Assembly: GCA_964016885.1 (NCBI GenBank)
Contig: OZ024759.1
Location: 27,714,001-27,778,000 of the forward strand
Origin: Eledone cirrhosa
Taxonomy: Eukaryota
Reading direction: 5' to 3'
Length of the DNA stretch: 64,000 nt
A program made the position numbers and the translations under genes. This document shows positions 53,246 through 64,000 of the stretch, in pieces; position 1 is the first letter of the stretch, and each line of letters opens with the position of its first letter. A model generated the notes under the pieces. The model was not told where the DNA came from. It worked only from the letters and a program-made list of their open reading frames with translations, and did no database searches.

Positions 53246-56084
53246 TACCCATGTGGAGTTTGCACTAGAAGTGTGTGTGTGTTTTAACCTGTACTTTTCA
53301 AATACTCCATTTTCTCCCAACTCTGCTTATCAGATGTTATTTTCTTAATCTTTACTCAGGTAAGACAACAGTTGGCCACCCTTTGTCCCTTATGGTATTT
53401 TACCTGATTTTCTAAAGCTATTATTTTATATTTGTTGTTACAGTAATTTTCTTTGGGATTCTCATGTTTCATTCATATATATATATATGTCTCAAATAAA
53501 GCAACGGAGTAAAGGACTCCCATATAACTTTATATATGCATATAAAACTGAGGAATTGGGTTCCAGTGTCGTTTTTCATTCACCATAGGTCCATGTATTT
53601 TAACCCTTTAGTGTTTAAACCGGCCGTATCCGGCCAGAATTCTCTCGCTCCTTTCTGTTCAAACTGGTTATAACCAGCTGCTCATACTGATGTTAAAGTA
53701 TTGTTCTCAACATCGATAATATCAAAATCTCAGATTCAATATTATGGGAGATAAAGCCTTTACCATTAAAATACAATAGTAAATATAGAGTAATGGAAAT
53801 GATTAAGGTTTAATCTCTTTCTCTACTCTATATCAATCAACACTACACTACATACTCTTTTGAAAGGCTGGAGGTCTGTATGGCAGATTTCAGCAATCAA
53901 TTCAGATCTATTGATAGATAGGGTGTGTGTGAGGGGATGTATACCAGTTTACATCAAGCATCAGTCAACAGTGTGTGATCTATTGATAGACAGGGGAGCT
54001 GTGTACCAGGTTATATCAAACATGAGTCAACAATATGTGATCTATTGATAGGATAGGGGCGGGCTGTATACCAGGTTATATCAAGCATCAGTCAATACTA
54101 AAGGTTCTATTCATAACAGGGAGGGGGAGCCATGTGGCAGCTAAATTGGTTGTTATTGAGGTTAGATATAGGGCAAGGTATCTTATCAGTCACTGACTCC
54201 TCTTTACTCTATATATGGGTTGTGAATGTGTATAGTGTATGTATAAATGTTGGTTGTGTGTGTGTATATGTGTGCGTGTATATGTATGTAGATGCTGGTT
54301 GTGTGTGTATATTTGCTGTATACACTATTTCAGTATAAATGTGTAAATGTATAGATGCTGATCTATACATTATTTCAGTACTAATGTATATATAACTCTT
54401 ATTACAGTACAAATGTGTGATAGTTTGTCAGACCATCTTCCTAAATGAAGGAATTTGTTTAGGACAAACATTGAAAAAAAATATAAAACTAAAACCTTTA
54501 TATATCTTTTTGAAGTTGTTAAACCTTGTACATTTCTTCACGTAAATAAAGATGAATCACTTTCTAACAAACTTGATTATTCCAGTCACTTTTGTATATT
54601 GCATAACTTTCACCATTTAGTTGTGTCAAGAACAACCTCCCTAGTGATGGTGATCTACATGACAAGAGCACCCAGTACATGCTGTAAAGTGGACATCCAG
54701 CCATAGAAAGCTTGCTAAACAAAGGGTTGGGAGGACTCTTCAGTCATCTTAAGGACATGACAACCTTCCTAGTACTTGAGAACTATATGATAAAAGCACC
54801 CAGTACACACTGAATTACTTGATGTTGGGAAGGGCATCCAACTGATTGGTGGTTTGTTGTCCAAAAATAGATTGTTAAATATACATAAATAGAAAACTAT
54901 AGATTAACAGAAAGAGAGAGAGAAAGGTAAATATGTTTTTATTGTCCAAACTAATCTACAATCTATATTTCTATTTCTTCTTTCATTCTATTGTCTGATT
55001 AAGGACAAACATCTGAAATGGTAAGACTTTTTTTCTACTACAAGCTAATATATATTTTCCCTTAATATCTTTCTATTTCATCTTTTATTTTTGAAACATA
55101 AACTCTCTTTTCTTTTATATATCAAACGTTAAACTAATATATTTCTTCATTGTACTGTGTTATTTCCATTAACCTTTTGCATATATATATATATATATAT
55201 TAAAAATTTCGCTCTACATGGCTGAATACAATAAATGTAATCTGAGTTTTTCGAATATTAATAATTGTTTCTACTTTTGGCACAAAGTCAGCAATTACCC
55301 AGTGCATTACTGGTACATTATTTTATCGACCCCGTAAGGATGAAAGGCAAAGTTAACATTGGCGGAATATGAACTCAGACCATAAAGAGCTGTAACTCTT
55401 TGCTGTAAAGCATGGCGTCCAACCCTCTACCGATATTGCCAATCCACCGCCCTTTTCGAATATTAATAATAACATTCGATTCATTTGCAATTTTGCAAAC
55501 AAGTCTCAATTTTATAACCATGTCAGGAGAATGAACACTTCATTCTTGCTCTTATGTTGGCAGTTCTGTTTGCATGCCAACATAAGAGCAAGAATGAAGT
55601 GTTCATTCTCCTGACATGGTTATAAAATTGAGACTTGTTTGCAAAATTGCAAACGAATCGAATGTTATTATTAATATTTGAAAAACTCAGATTACATTTA
55701 TTATATATATATATATACACACACATATACCATATGTACTTGAATATAAGCTGAGGAATACGTGACCAAAAAATCAATGGTAGAAAGGGGTGGTGGTGGC
55801 TTATATTTAAGATCAAATATTTTGACAATTTCAAATTCTATGTAAATTAGGTGTGGATTTTTGCCCATTTAGTGGGGTCGGTTTATATTCATATATATAC
55901 AGGTAAATTCCGTTATAACAAATTTTTCAGTACAATGAAATATTTTTCAATCCCTGGCCACACACTTGATGTGTTAGATCGAGCTTGTTATAAAGAATTT
56001 TTTGTTACAAATTTTTTTTTAAACCCTGTGAATTTTGTAAACGGAATTTCACTGTATTCCATAACCTTTTATTGTGAAAATAAT

Positions 56085-56246
56085 TTACAGATCATTTTCG
56101 CTAAAAACATAACACAGTTTCTTGATAGCATCCTCAATGTCTTCTTCACTGAGATTACAATGAGTTACAAGTCGAATATTTTGACCCATATTTCCACAAC
56201 CCACATGGATCTCCTTCCCCAGCTCAGCCACTTCAGCATCTGTGGT
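56085..56246 (-). CDS. THA1: Threonine aldolase terminal exon (TTDAEV...IRLVTHCNLSEEDIEDAIKKL...stop)
   Basis: 162 nt, acceptor caacag, stop TAA; AATAAA on the - strand at 56073-56068. Confidence 0.9.
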   Translation of the reverse strand, partial: TTDAEVAELGKEIHVGCGNMGQNIRLVTHCNLSEEDIEDAIKKLCYVFSENDL

Positions 56247-59200
56247 CTGTTGAAGAGAGAAAAAAAAACAAACAAAAATATATCTTGAAAAAGCTTTTAA
56301 AAAATTCAATTGTAAATCAAAAAAAGGAACATTTACAAATAGCACATATTTTTTCTTCTCATTTTCTCCATTCCTTCCTCTCATTACTCTTTATTTTCTA
56401 TTTGTAACTCTATTTCTGATGAAGGACTAGTGTCCGAAACATTAAGAGTCTCTTCCTGTTATTTTAAGCGTTTTATTTCTAACTCATATATTTCTTCAAT
56501 GTACTGTGTTATTTTTGTTATCTGTTTACCTTTTACACACACAGACATTATATATATATATATCATTATCATCATCATCATTTTACGTCCGCTTTTCCCT
56601 GCTTGAAAGGGTGGGACGGGTCCTAATCAGCACAGCATCTCTCCACTTGTTACGGTCCTTCGTTATCTCTGTGAGTTTCAGCGATCTGAGGTCTGCTCTC
56701 ATCACCTCCGCCCATGTTTTTCATGGTCTTCCTTCTACTGGGATTTCTTGGCACTTCTTTACCCAGCGGTCATCCTCCATGCGCATCACATGTCCATACC
56801 ATCTCAGTCTTCTCTCCTGCACACCACAACTTGTATATATATATATATATTTAAGTTTGGTGGTTCACCACTGGGTAGAACAGGTTATTCCGCACTCCTA
56901 ACCCTGATGTAATAGTAGGAAAGCAACTCATCCATATTTGATGTTGAATCCTGTTGGTGGTGTGGGAATAGAGTTAAATAAAATAGAGTAAAATGACAAG
57001 AGGCCAGACAGATTAAATTCCTTCAAATTTTTTATTTCAGGAATAAAAATTTGAAGGAATCTAACCTGTCTGGCCTCTTGTCATTTTACACTATAATATA
57101 TATATATTGTTTCCGAAGAAGACGGTCTGATCGAACCTATATATGAGGTCTGATAGTATACAGTTATATAACTGCTATAGATCAGTCAATATATCAATAT
57201 GATCAGCCCTCCAAAACGATAGTAAAACAATGATATGAATAGGTAAAATAACGACTTTGTTGTTTTCATTGTTAATATATATACATACCGAGATCTTTGA
57301 TGCTACGCAGTAACACAGAAGACTCGCCTTGCCTATGTACATAGCGAAACCTACAGTCAGTAGGCACCTCTTAACCAAATAAACACCCCCATCCCACTAC
57401 CCCTACTCTACGCCCCACTCCCACCAACACCACCCTCTCTCTGTAAAGTTATGTTGGTACCACAACATCCAGTCCAAAATAAATGAGGTCGTGTAGGTGT
57501 CACTACAAAAAAACACACAGTCCACGCTGTAATGTTGCCATGTAGGTAACACGGTAAAAACCTCCCAGTCCACACTGTAAACGTGATTGGTGTTAGGAAC
57601 GGCATCCTGCCGTAGAAAACCTGCCAGACAGTCCTATACGAGTGAGACACGGTGACCCGACCAATCTTACCTCAAATTGGGACAACTCCCGTCTAACCCA
57701 TGCTAGCGTGGAAGATAGACGTTAAACGATGATGATGATGATATATATACACAGGGTGGCCTAAAAGTTGCAATACATAAAAACAATAATTGTTTTATGA
57801 GAAACAATTTATTCAAAATAAATGAATATGGAAACTTAAAAATTTCTTATGTATTGCAACTTTTGGGTCACCCTGTATATATATATATATATATATATAA
57901 AATAGCATAGTTGTGTTCAACACTTGTTCTTTGCTACCATTGGTTTCCAATCACACATAAGGTTTAGTTTGTGTTTACACTTTCTCATGTGAGACCTTCA
58001 TTCAGGCAACTATAAAAACAAAGCTTATACTATAATATCCAGATCTCTATTCTGTTCCTTGGAATCACTTAACACAGCCTAACAGGTTGAACTTGGTGCT
58101 TTTTTGTTGTGGCACCAGTAATACCACTTTACAGGTTGAACTAGGTGCTTTTTTGTTGTGGCACCAGTAATACCACTTTACAGGTTGAACTGGGTGCTTT
58201 CTTGTAGTGGCCTCAGGACGGCCATCTAACTGGGTGGACTGGCTGCATTTTTTGTTGTGGCACCAATATTGCCACCTTATAGGATGGACTGGGTGTATTT
58301 TTTGTTGTGGCACCAATATTACCACTTTACAGGGTGGACTGGGTGTATTTTTTGTTGTGGCACCAATATTACCACTTTACAGGGTCGACTAGGTGCTTTT
58401 TTGTAGTGGCACCAATATTACCACTTTACAGGGTCGACTAGGTGCTTTTTTGTAGTGGCACCAGACCTTCATTCAGGCAACTATAAAAACAAAGCTTATA
58501 CTATAATATCCAGATCTCTATTCTGTTCCTTGGAATCACTTAACACAGCCTAACGGGGTGGACTGGGTGCTTTTTTGTTGTGGTACCAGTATTACCATCT
58601 TACAGGGTGGACTGGGTACTCTTTTTGTCTTTTACAAACATCCATATTTAATCTGGTGGTATTGTTCTGTGGAGAGAGAAATGGTCAAATAAATCAAAGG
58701 ATGATCTTCATACCGTGCTTAAGCGCTTGGCAAACTTAGAAACGAAGGCAATTTCTTTTCTGATCTTAAGAAAAACTATGTTGGTTTGAACTTGGTCAGG
58801 GTCTATAGTCACAACTGAAGAGGAAAAATGTTTCAGACCTGAAAAACAACAAAATAAAAAACAGCTCAGAAAACAAAGAAAATGGTATTTTATTAGAAAG
58901 CTATCATGATGCAAATGGGACATTAATTGTTAAAAATATAATGATAACAAAAGGTGTTGGGATAGTACCTTGTTGTTTAACCCTTTAGCATTTAAACCAG
59001 CTATATCTGGCCAGAATTCTCAAATCCTGCTGAGGTTAACTTTGCCTTTCATCCATTTGAGATTGATGAAAACAAAAGTACCAGTCAAATCCTGGAGTCG
59101 ATTCTTGCTCTATATCTCTTTCTCACTTTCTCCCACTCTCTATCCTTCTATAAAAGAAATCTGCTGTATTCAGACATGGAGTGGAGATGGGCTTTGTCAG

Positions 59201-62200
59201 GTTTAAGAATGCCCTAGAAATGCTGTATCTCAATACAGCATCCCTACTACTCCCTTAGGAGTTACAGGGCCATTAATACATATATATTTCAGAATAGAAT
59301 CCCTTCATCATGATAACAAAGATGTAGGAATGTTACCTTGTTGTTGTTTAATGTACGTTATATTTCGAGATAGGATGCCCTCATCAAAAGAATAGCTACA
59401 TCAACCAACAACAGACGCCAATGTTTGAAATTTGACTAAAAACTTTCAATCTAGGAGTTAAACGATGACGATCATCGTTTAACCATTTAGCATTTACATT
59501 ATGCTATATTTACTATTGTATTGAATCTATGAGATTTTGATATTATTTTGAGAACAATAGCTTAACATCAGTGTGACCGGTTACAGCCAGTTTCAACAGG
59601 AAGAGGTAGAGAATTATGGTTAGAGGAAAGCCTTATTTAATATAATTGTCTGAACAAGAAAGGGTTAAATATAGGAATAAATTAGAAAATATAAGAGCTG
59701 CATCATTCATGTAATGTTTTCCAACAGTCCCACCATCTTTCTTTCGTCTGAAGACAAAACTACCTGCTTTATGTAAACATGTAACATTCACCTGTGACCA
59801 AACTGTACCAGGGACATAATTATGGCAGAGTTATCTCGTCTACAGCACTGAAGGGGTTAAAAACAACAATAACAATATAATATATTTACCATTGATTAGT
59901 TTCTTTGCATTAACATGGTCCCTAGCGATGGTTTCTGGGGCTCTGTCTAAACCATATATGGCAGCTGCAGCTAATATACCTGCTTGTCTCATTCCACCTC
60001 CTAGAGCTTTACGACATCGAATGGCTCTGGTTAAAAGAAATATGTATATATCAATGTTTTGGTCACATATTTTCTTGGCTTATATATAAGTATCATCAAC
60101 ATCATCATTTAATGTCCATCTACGCTATCATAGTTAGGACGGGCTGACCCTTTGGGAGAGAATCAGGTCAGAGGACCGTGTTTCGCTCACCTGTGGCTGA
60201 TTTTAACTACGTTTCTACAACTGGATGCCCTTCCTAATTCCAACCACATTTACAGTGTGCTAGGTGGTTTTTGCCGTGTCACCTACATGACCACTTTACA
60301 GCATGGACTGGGCACTTTTTGTTGTGTCACCTACATGACCGCTGTACAGCATAGACAAGGCACTTTTTGACGTGACACCTACACGACCACTACAGCATGG
60401 ACTGGGCACTTTTTGTCGTGTCACCTACATGACCACTTTACAGTGTGGACTGGGCACTTTTTGTCGTGTCACCTACACGACCACTTTACAGTGTGGACTG
60501 GGCACTTTTTGTCGTGTCACCTACACGACCACTTTACAGTGTGGACTGGGCACTTTTTGTCGTGTCACCTACACGACCACTTTACAGTGTGGACTGGGCA
60601 CTTTTTGTCGTGTCACCTACACGACCACTTTACAGTGTGGACTGGGCACTTTTTGTCGTGTCACCTACACGACCACTTTACAGTGTGGACTGGGCACTTT
60701 TTGTCGTGTCACCTACACGACCACTTTACAGTGTGGACTGGGCACTTTTTGTCGTGTCACCTACACGACCACTTTACAGTGTGGCCTGGGCACTTTTTGG
60801 CGTGTCACCTACACGACCACTTTACAGTGTGGACTGGGCACTTTTTGTCGTGTCACCTACACGACCACTTTACAGTGTGGACTGGGCACTTTTTGTCGTG
60901 TCACCTACACGACCACTTTACAGTGTGGACTGGGCACTTTTTGGCGTGTCACCTACATGACCACTTTACAGTGTGGACTGGGCACTTTTTGTCGTGTCAG
61001 CTACACGACCACTTTACAGTGTGGACTGGGAACTTTTTGTCGTGTCACCTACACGACCACTTTACAGCATGGACTGGGCACTTTTTGTCGTGTCACCTAC
61101 ACGACCACTTTACAGTGTGGACTGGGCACTTTTTGTCGTGTCAGCTACACGACCACTTTACAGTGTGGACTGGGCACTTTTTGTCGTGTCACCTACACGA
61201 CCACTTTACAGTGTGGACTGGGCACTTTTTGTCGTGTCACCTACACGACCACTTTACAGCATGGACTGGGCACTTTTTGTCATGTCACCTACACGACCAC
61301 TTTACAGTGTGGACTGGGCACTTTTTGTCGTGTCAGCTACACGACCACTTTACAGTGTGGACTGGGCACTTTTTGTCGTGTCACCTACACGACCACTTTA
61401 CAGTGTGGACTGGGCACTTTTTGTCGTGTCAGCTACACGACCACTTTACAGTGTGGACTGGGCACTTTTTGGCGTGTCACCTACACGACCACTACAGCAT
61501 GGACTGGGCACTTTTTGTCGTGTCACCTACACGACCACTTTACAGTGTGGACTGGGCACTTTTTGTCGTGTCAGCTACACGACCACTTTACAGTGTGGAC
61601 TGGGCACTTTTTGTCGTGTCACCTACACGACCACTGTACAGCATGGACTGGGCACTTTTTGTCGTGTCACCTACACGACCACTTTACAGTGTGGACTGGG
61701 CACTTTTTGTCGTGTCAGCTACACGACCACTTTACAGTGTGGACTGGGCACTTTTTGTCGTGTCACCTACACGACCACTTTACAGCATGGACTGGGCACT
61801 TTTTGTCGTGTCACCTACACGACCACTTTACAGTGTGGACTGGGCACTTTTTGTCGTGTCACCTACACGACCACTTTACAGTGTGGACTGGGCACTTTTT
61901 GGCGTGTCACCTACACGACCACTTTACAGTGTGGACTGGGGACTTTTTGTCGTGTCACCTACACGACCACTTTACAGTGTGGACTGGGCACTTTTTGTCG
62001 TGTCACCTACACGACCACTTTACAGTGTGGACTGGGCACTTTTTGTCGTGTCACCTACACGACCACTTTACAGTGTGGACTGGGCACTTTTTGGCGTGTC
62101 ACCTACACGACCACTTTACAGTGTGGACTGGGGACTTTTTGTCGTGTCACCTACACGACCACTTTACAGTGTGGACTGGGCACTTTTTGGCGTGTCACCT

Positions 62201-63877
62201 ACACGACCACTTTACAGTGTGGACTGGGCACTTTTTGTCGTGTCACCTACACGACCACTTTACAGTGTGGACTGGGCACTTTTTGGCGTGTCACCTACAT
62301 GACCATTTTACAGTGTGGACTGGGGACTTTTTGGCGTGTCAGCTACACGACCACTTTACAGTGTGGACTGGGCACTTTTTGGCGTGTCACCTACACGACC
62401 ACTTTACAGTGTGGACTGGGCACTTTTTGTCGTGTCACCTACACGACCACTTTACAGTGTGGACTGGGCACTTTTTGTCGTGTCACCTACACGACCACTT
62501 TACAGTGTGGACTGGGCACTTTTTGGCGTGTCACCTACACGACCACTTTACAGTGTGGACTGGGGACTTTTTGGCGTATCAGCTAGACGACCACTTTACA
62601 GTGTGGACTGGGCACTTTTTGGCATGTCACCTACACGACCACTCTACAGTGTGGACTGGGAAACTTTTTGGTGTGTCACCTACACGACCACTTTACAGTG
62701 TGGACTGGGGACTTTTTGGCGTGACATCTATGTGACCACTTTACAGCATTGACTGGGTGCTTTTGTCTTGACACATACATGACCACTATACAATGAGGAC
62801 TGGCCACTTTTGTTGTAGCTCCAGGGGGGGGGGGGGTCCACTTCATGGTGTGGGAGAGGATATAACAGTAAATATAACTTTCAGTTGATTCCATACCTCT
62901 TGATGAAGGACTCACTACCAGCCACAACAGAACCAACTGGAGCACCAATACCCTGCAATCAATTCAAAGAAAATGGTCATAAGTTTTAGAAATACAAAAG
63001 TAAATGTTTAATACAAGTGCATTTTACATCTAGAAATATATTTATTAATAAATGCATTTAACCCTTTAGCATTTACATTACTTTATCTATACTATTGTAT
63101 TTTTGCAGTACAGGCTTTATCTCACATAATATCGAATCTAAGATTTTAATATTATTTGTGGATTGGCAGTATCAGTAGAGAGTCGGACGCCATGCTTTCC
63201 AGCATACAGTTACATCCCTTCACGGACTGAGTTCAAATCCTGCCGAGGTTAACTTTGCCTTTCAGCCTTATGGGGGTCGATAAAACAAAGTACCAGTAAT
63301 GTACTGGGTAATTGCTGGCCTTGTGCCAAAAGTAGAAACAATTATTTATTTTAAGAACAATACCTTAATGTCGGTATGAGTGGCTAGTTACGGCTGGTTT
63401 AAACAGAGAGAGGTGAGAGAATGAAGTGTTTTGCTCAAGAACATACACAATTCAGTACAGGAATCAAACTCACAACATTATGATCATAAGTCCAACACCC
63501 TTACCATTAGGCCATGCACCTCCATGCATTGATTCCAACTCTTCTTATTAATAACTGCATTGTTTCTTTCCAGTGACTATGTTGAAAAATAAACCTCATT
63601 TAGTCATTCCATGAGAGTATCTTGGTCAGCCTATGAACTTTTCAGTTGACCCTTGTACAAATTATTCCTAGCATACTTTTAATTGATAATTATAGTTAAT
63701 TAATTAGGCAACAATAATAACAAGAAATATATAGCTTACCTTACTGAAACATAAAGTGACGGAATCACAGAACTTCGTTATCGCGGTAACAGGTACACCA
63801 AGGCCAACAGAAGCATTCAGGAGCCGTGCACCATCTATGTGTACTTTTACATCATTCTCTTGGGCTAAATTGTACAC
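56085..63877 (-). CDS. THA1: Low-specificity L-threonine aldolase (PLP enzyme), 3' five exons; 5' part lies outside the window
   Basis: Exons 63877-63740, 62952-62897, 60026-59890, 58838-58714 and 56246-56085 join in frame: HIDGARLLNA...DSVTLCFSK-GIGAPVGS (PLP lysine motif), RKALGGGMRQAGILAAA, VQTNIV, IRLVTH. Confidence 0.93.
56407..56449 (+). ncRNA. Degenerate hammerhead motif in a Penelope-type terminal fragment
   Basis: CUGAUGA A GGAC-UAGU-GUCC GAAAC; related decayed copies at about 54995-55030 (+) and 3010-3068 (-). Confidence 0.5.
57751..57875. mobile_element. Tc1/mariner-type MITE
   Basis: Terminal inverted repeats CAGGGTGGCCTAAAAGTTGCAATACATAA / TTATGTATTGCAACTTTTGGGTCACCCTG; similar small element at about 35578-35679. 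Confidence 0.8.
58714..58838 (-). CDS. THA1: Threonine aldolase exon (LKHFSS...QVQTNIVFL...RLST)
   Basis: 125 nt, phase 1-0, tttcag/gtatg on the - strand. Confidence 0.9.
59890..60026 (-). CDS. THA1: Threonine aldolase exon (AIRCRKALGGGMRQAG...DHVNAKKL)
   Basis: 137 nt, phase 2-1, ccag/gtaaa on the - strand. Confidence 0.93.
60270..62750. repeat. 48-bp tandem array, roughly 50 copies, in a threonine aldolase intron
   Basis: Unit TCACCTACACGACCACTTTACAGTGTGGACTGGGCACTTTTTGTCGTG. Confidence 0.97.
62897..62952 (-). CDS. THA1: Threonine aldolase exon (GIGAPVGSVVAGSESFIK)
   Basis: 56 nt, tgcag/gtatg on the - strand. Confidence 0.93.
63740..63877 (-). CDS. THA1: Threonine aldolase exon (VYNLAQ...HIDGAR...CFSK)
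   Basis: 138 nt, phase 0-0, ttttcag/gtaag on the - strand. Confidence 0.93.
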
Positions 63878-64000
63878 CTGAAAAAATGTTTTTAATAAAA
63901 TATTATTGGTTGGTGTTAGGAAAGACCTGGACCAGATTTACACTGTAGGGACCCAGGGCATTTCAAGTTTAGCTGGCCCCTCATATAACAACATATACAC

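Noticed and set aside
57935-58555. ~90-bp direct repeat (57993-58083 and 58464-58553) as a possible LTR pair
   Set aside because: No TG...CA ends, primer-binding site or coding interior; best explained as a local tandem duplication around a SINE-derived array.
59616-59816. Second functional copy of the chitin-binding gene
   Set aside because: Only about 50 nt of exon is duplicated, without an acceptor or upstream exons.
60372-62752. 500-800-aa ORFs in all three + frames
   Set aside because: Translation of a stop-free 48-bp tandem repeat lying antisense within a threonine aldolase intron.

Overview
AT-rich, repeat-dense eukaryotic DNA. The (TA)n/(CA)n tracts, SINE families and intron style suggest an octopus or other cephalopod; this is inference, not a database match. 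Three spliced genes can be rebuilt from splice sites and reading frame. (1) A complete CTP synthase on the + strand: 15 coding exons, 28335-51883, 1908 nt, 635 aa. (2) The 3' five exons of a low-specificity L-threonine aldolase on the - strand, 56085-63877, convergent with CTPS and running off the right edge. (3) A secreted protein on the - strand, 4484 to about 276, with a lysozyme/transglycosylase-like domain that appears catalytically dead, followed by a chitin-binding domain; it needs a GC-AG intron. The rest is transposon debris (mariner, pogo, hAT and TTAA MITEs; RTE, CR1, CRE and Penelope fragments; two tRNA-SINE families) plus satellites. The most striking non-gene signal is a dozen or more short fold-back elements embedded in (TA)n. 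Several carry type I hammerhead ribozymes, some apparently intact, and in two unrelated families the inversion junction lies 1-2 nt from the predicted self-cleavage site. Nearly all long ORFs in the supplied track are low-complexity artefacts.
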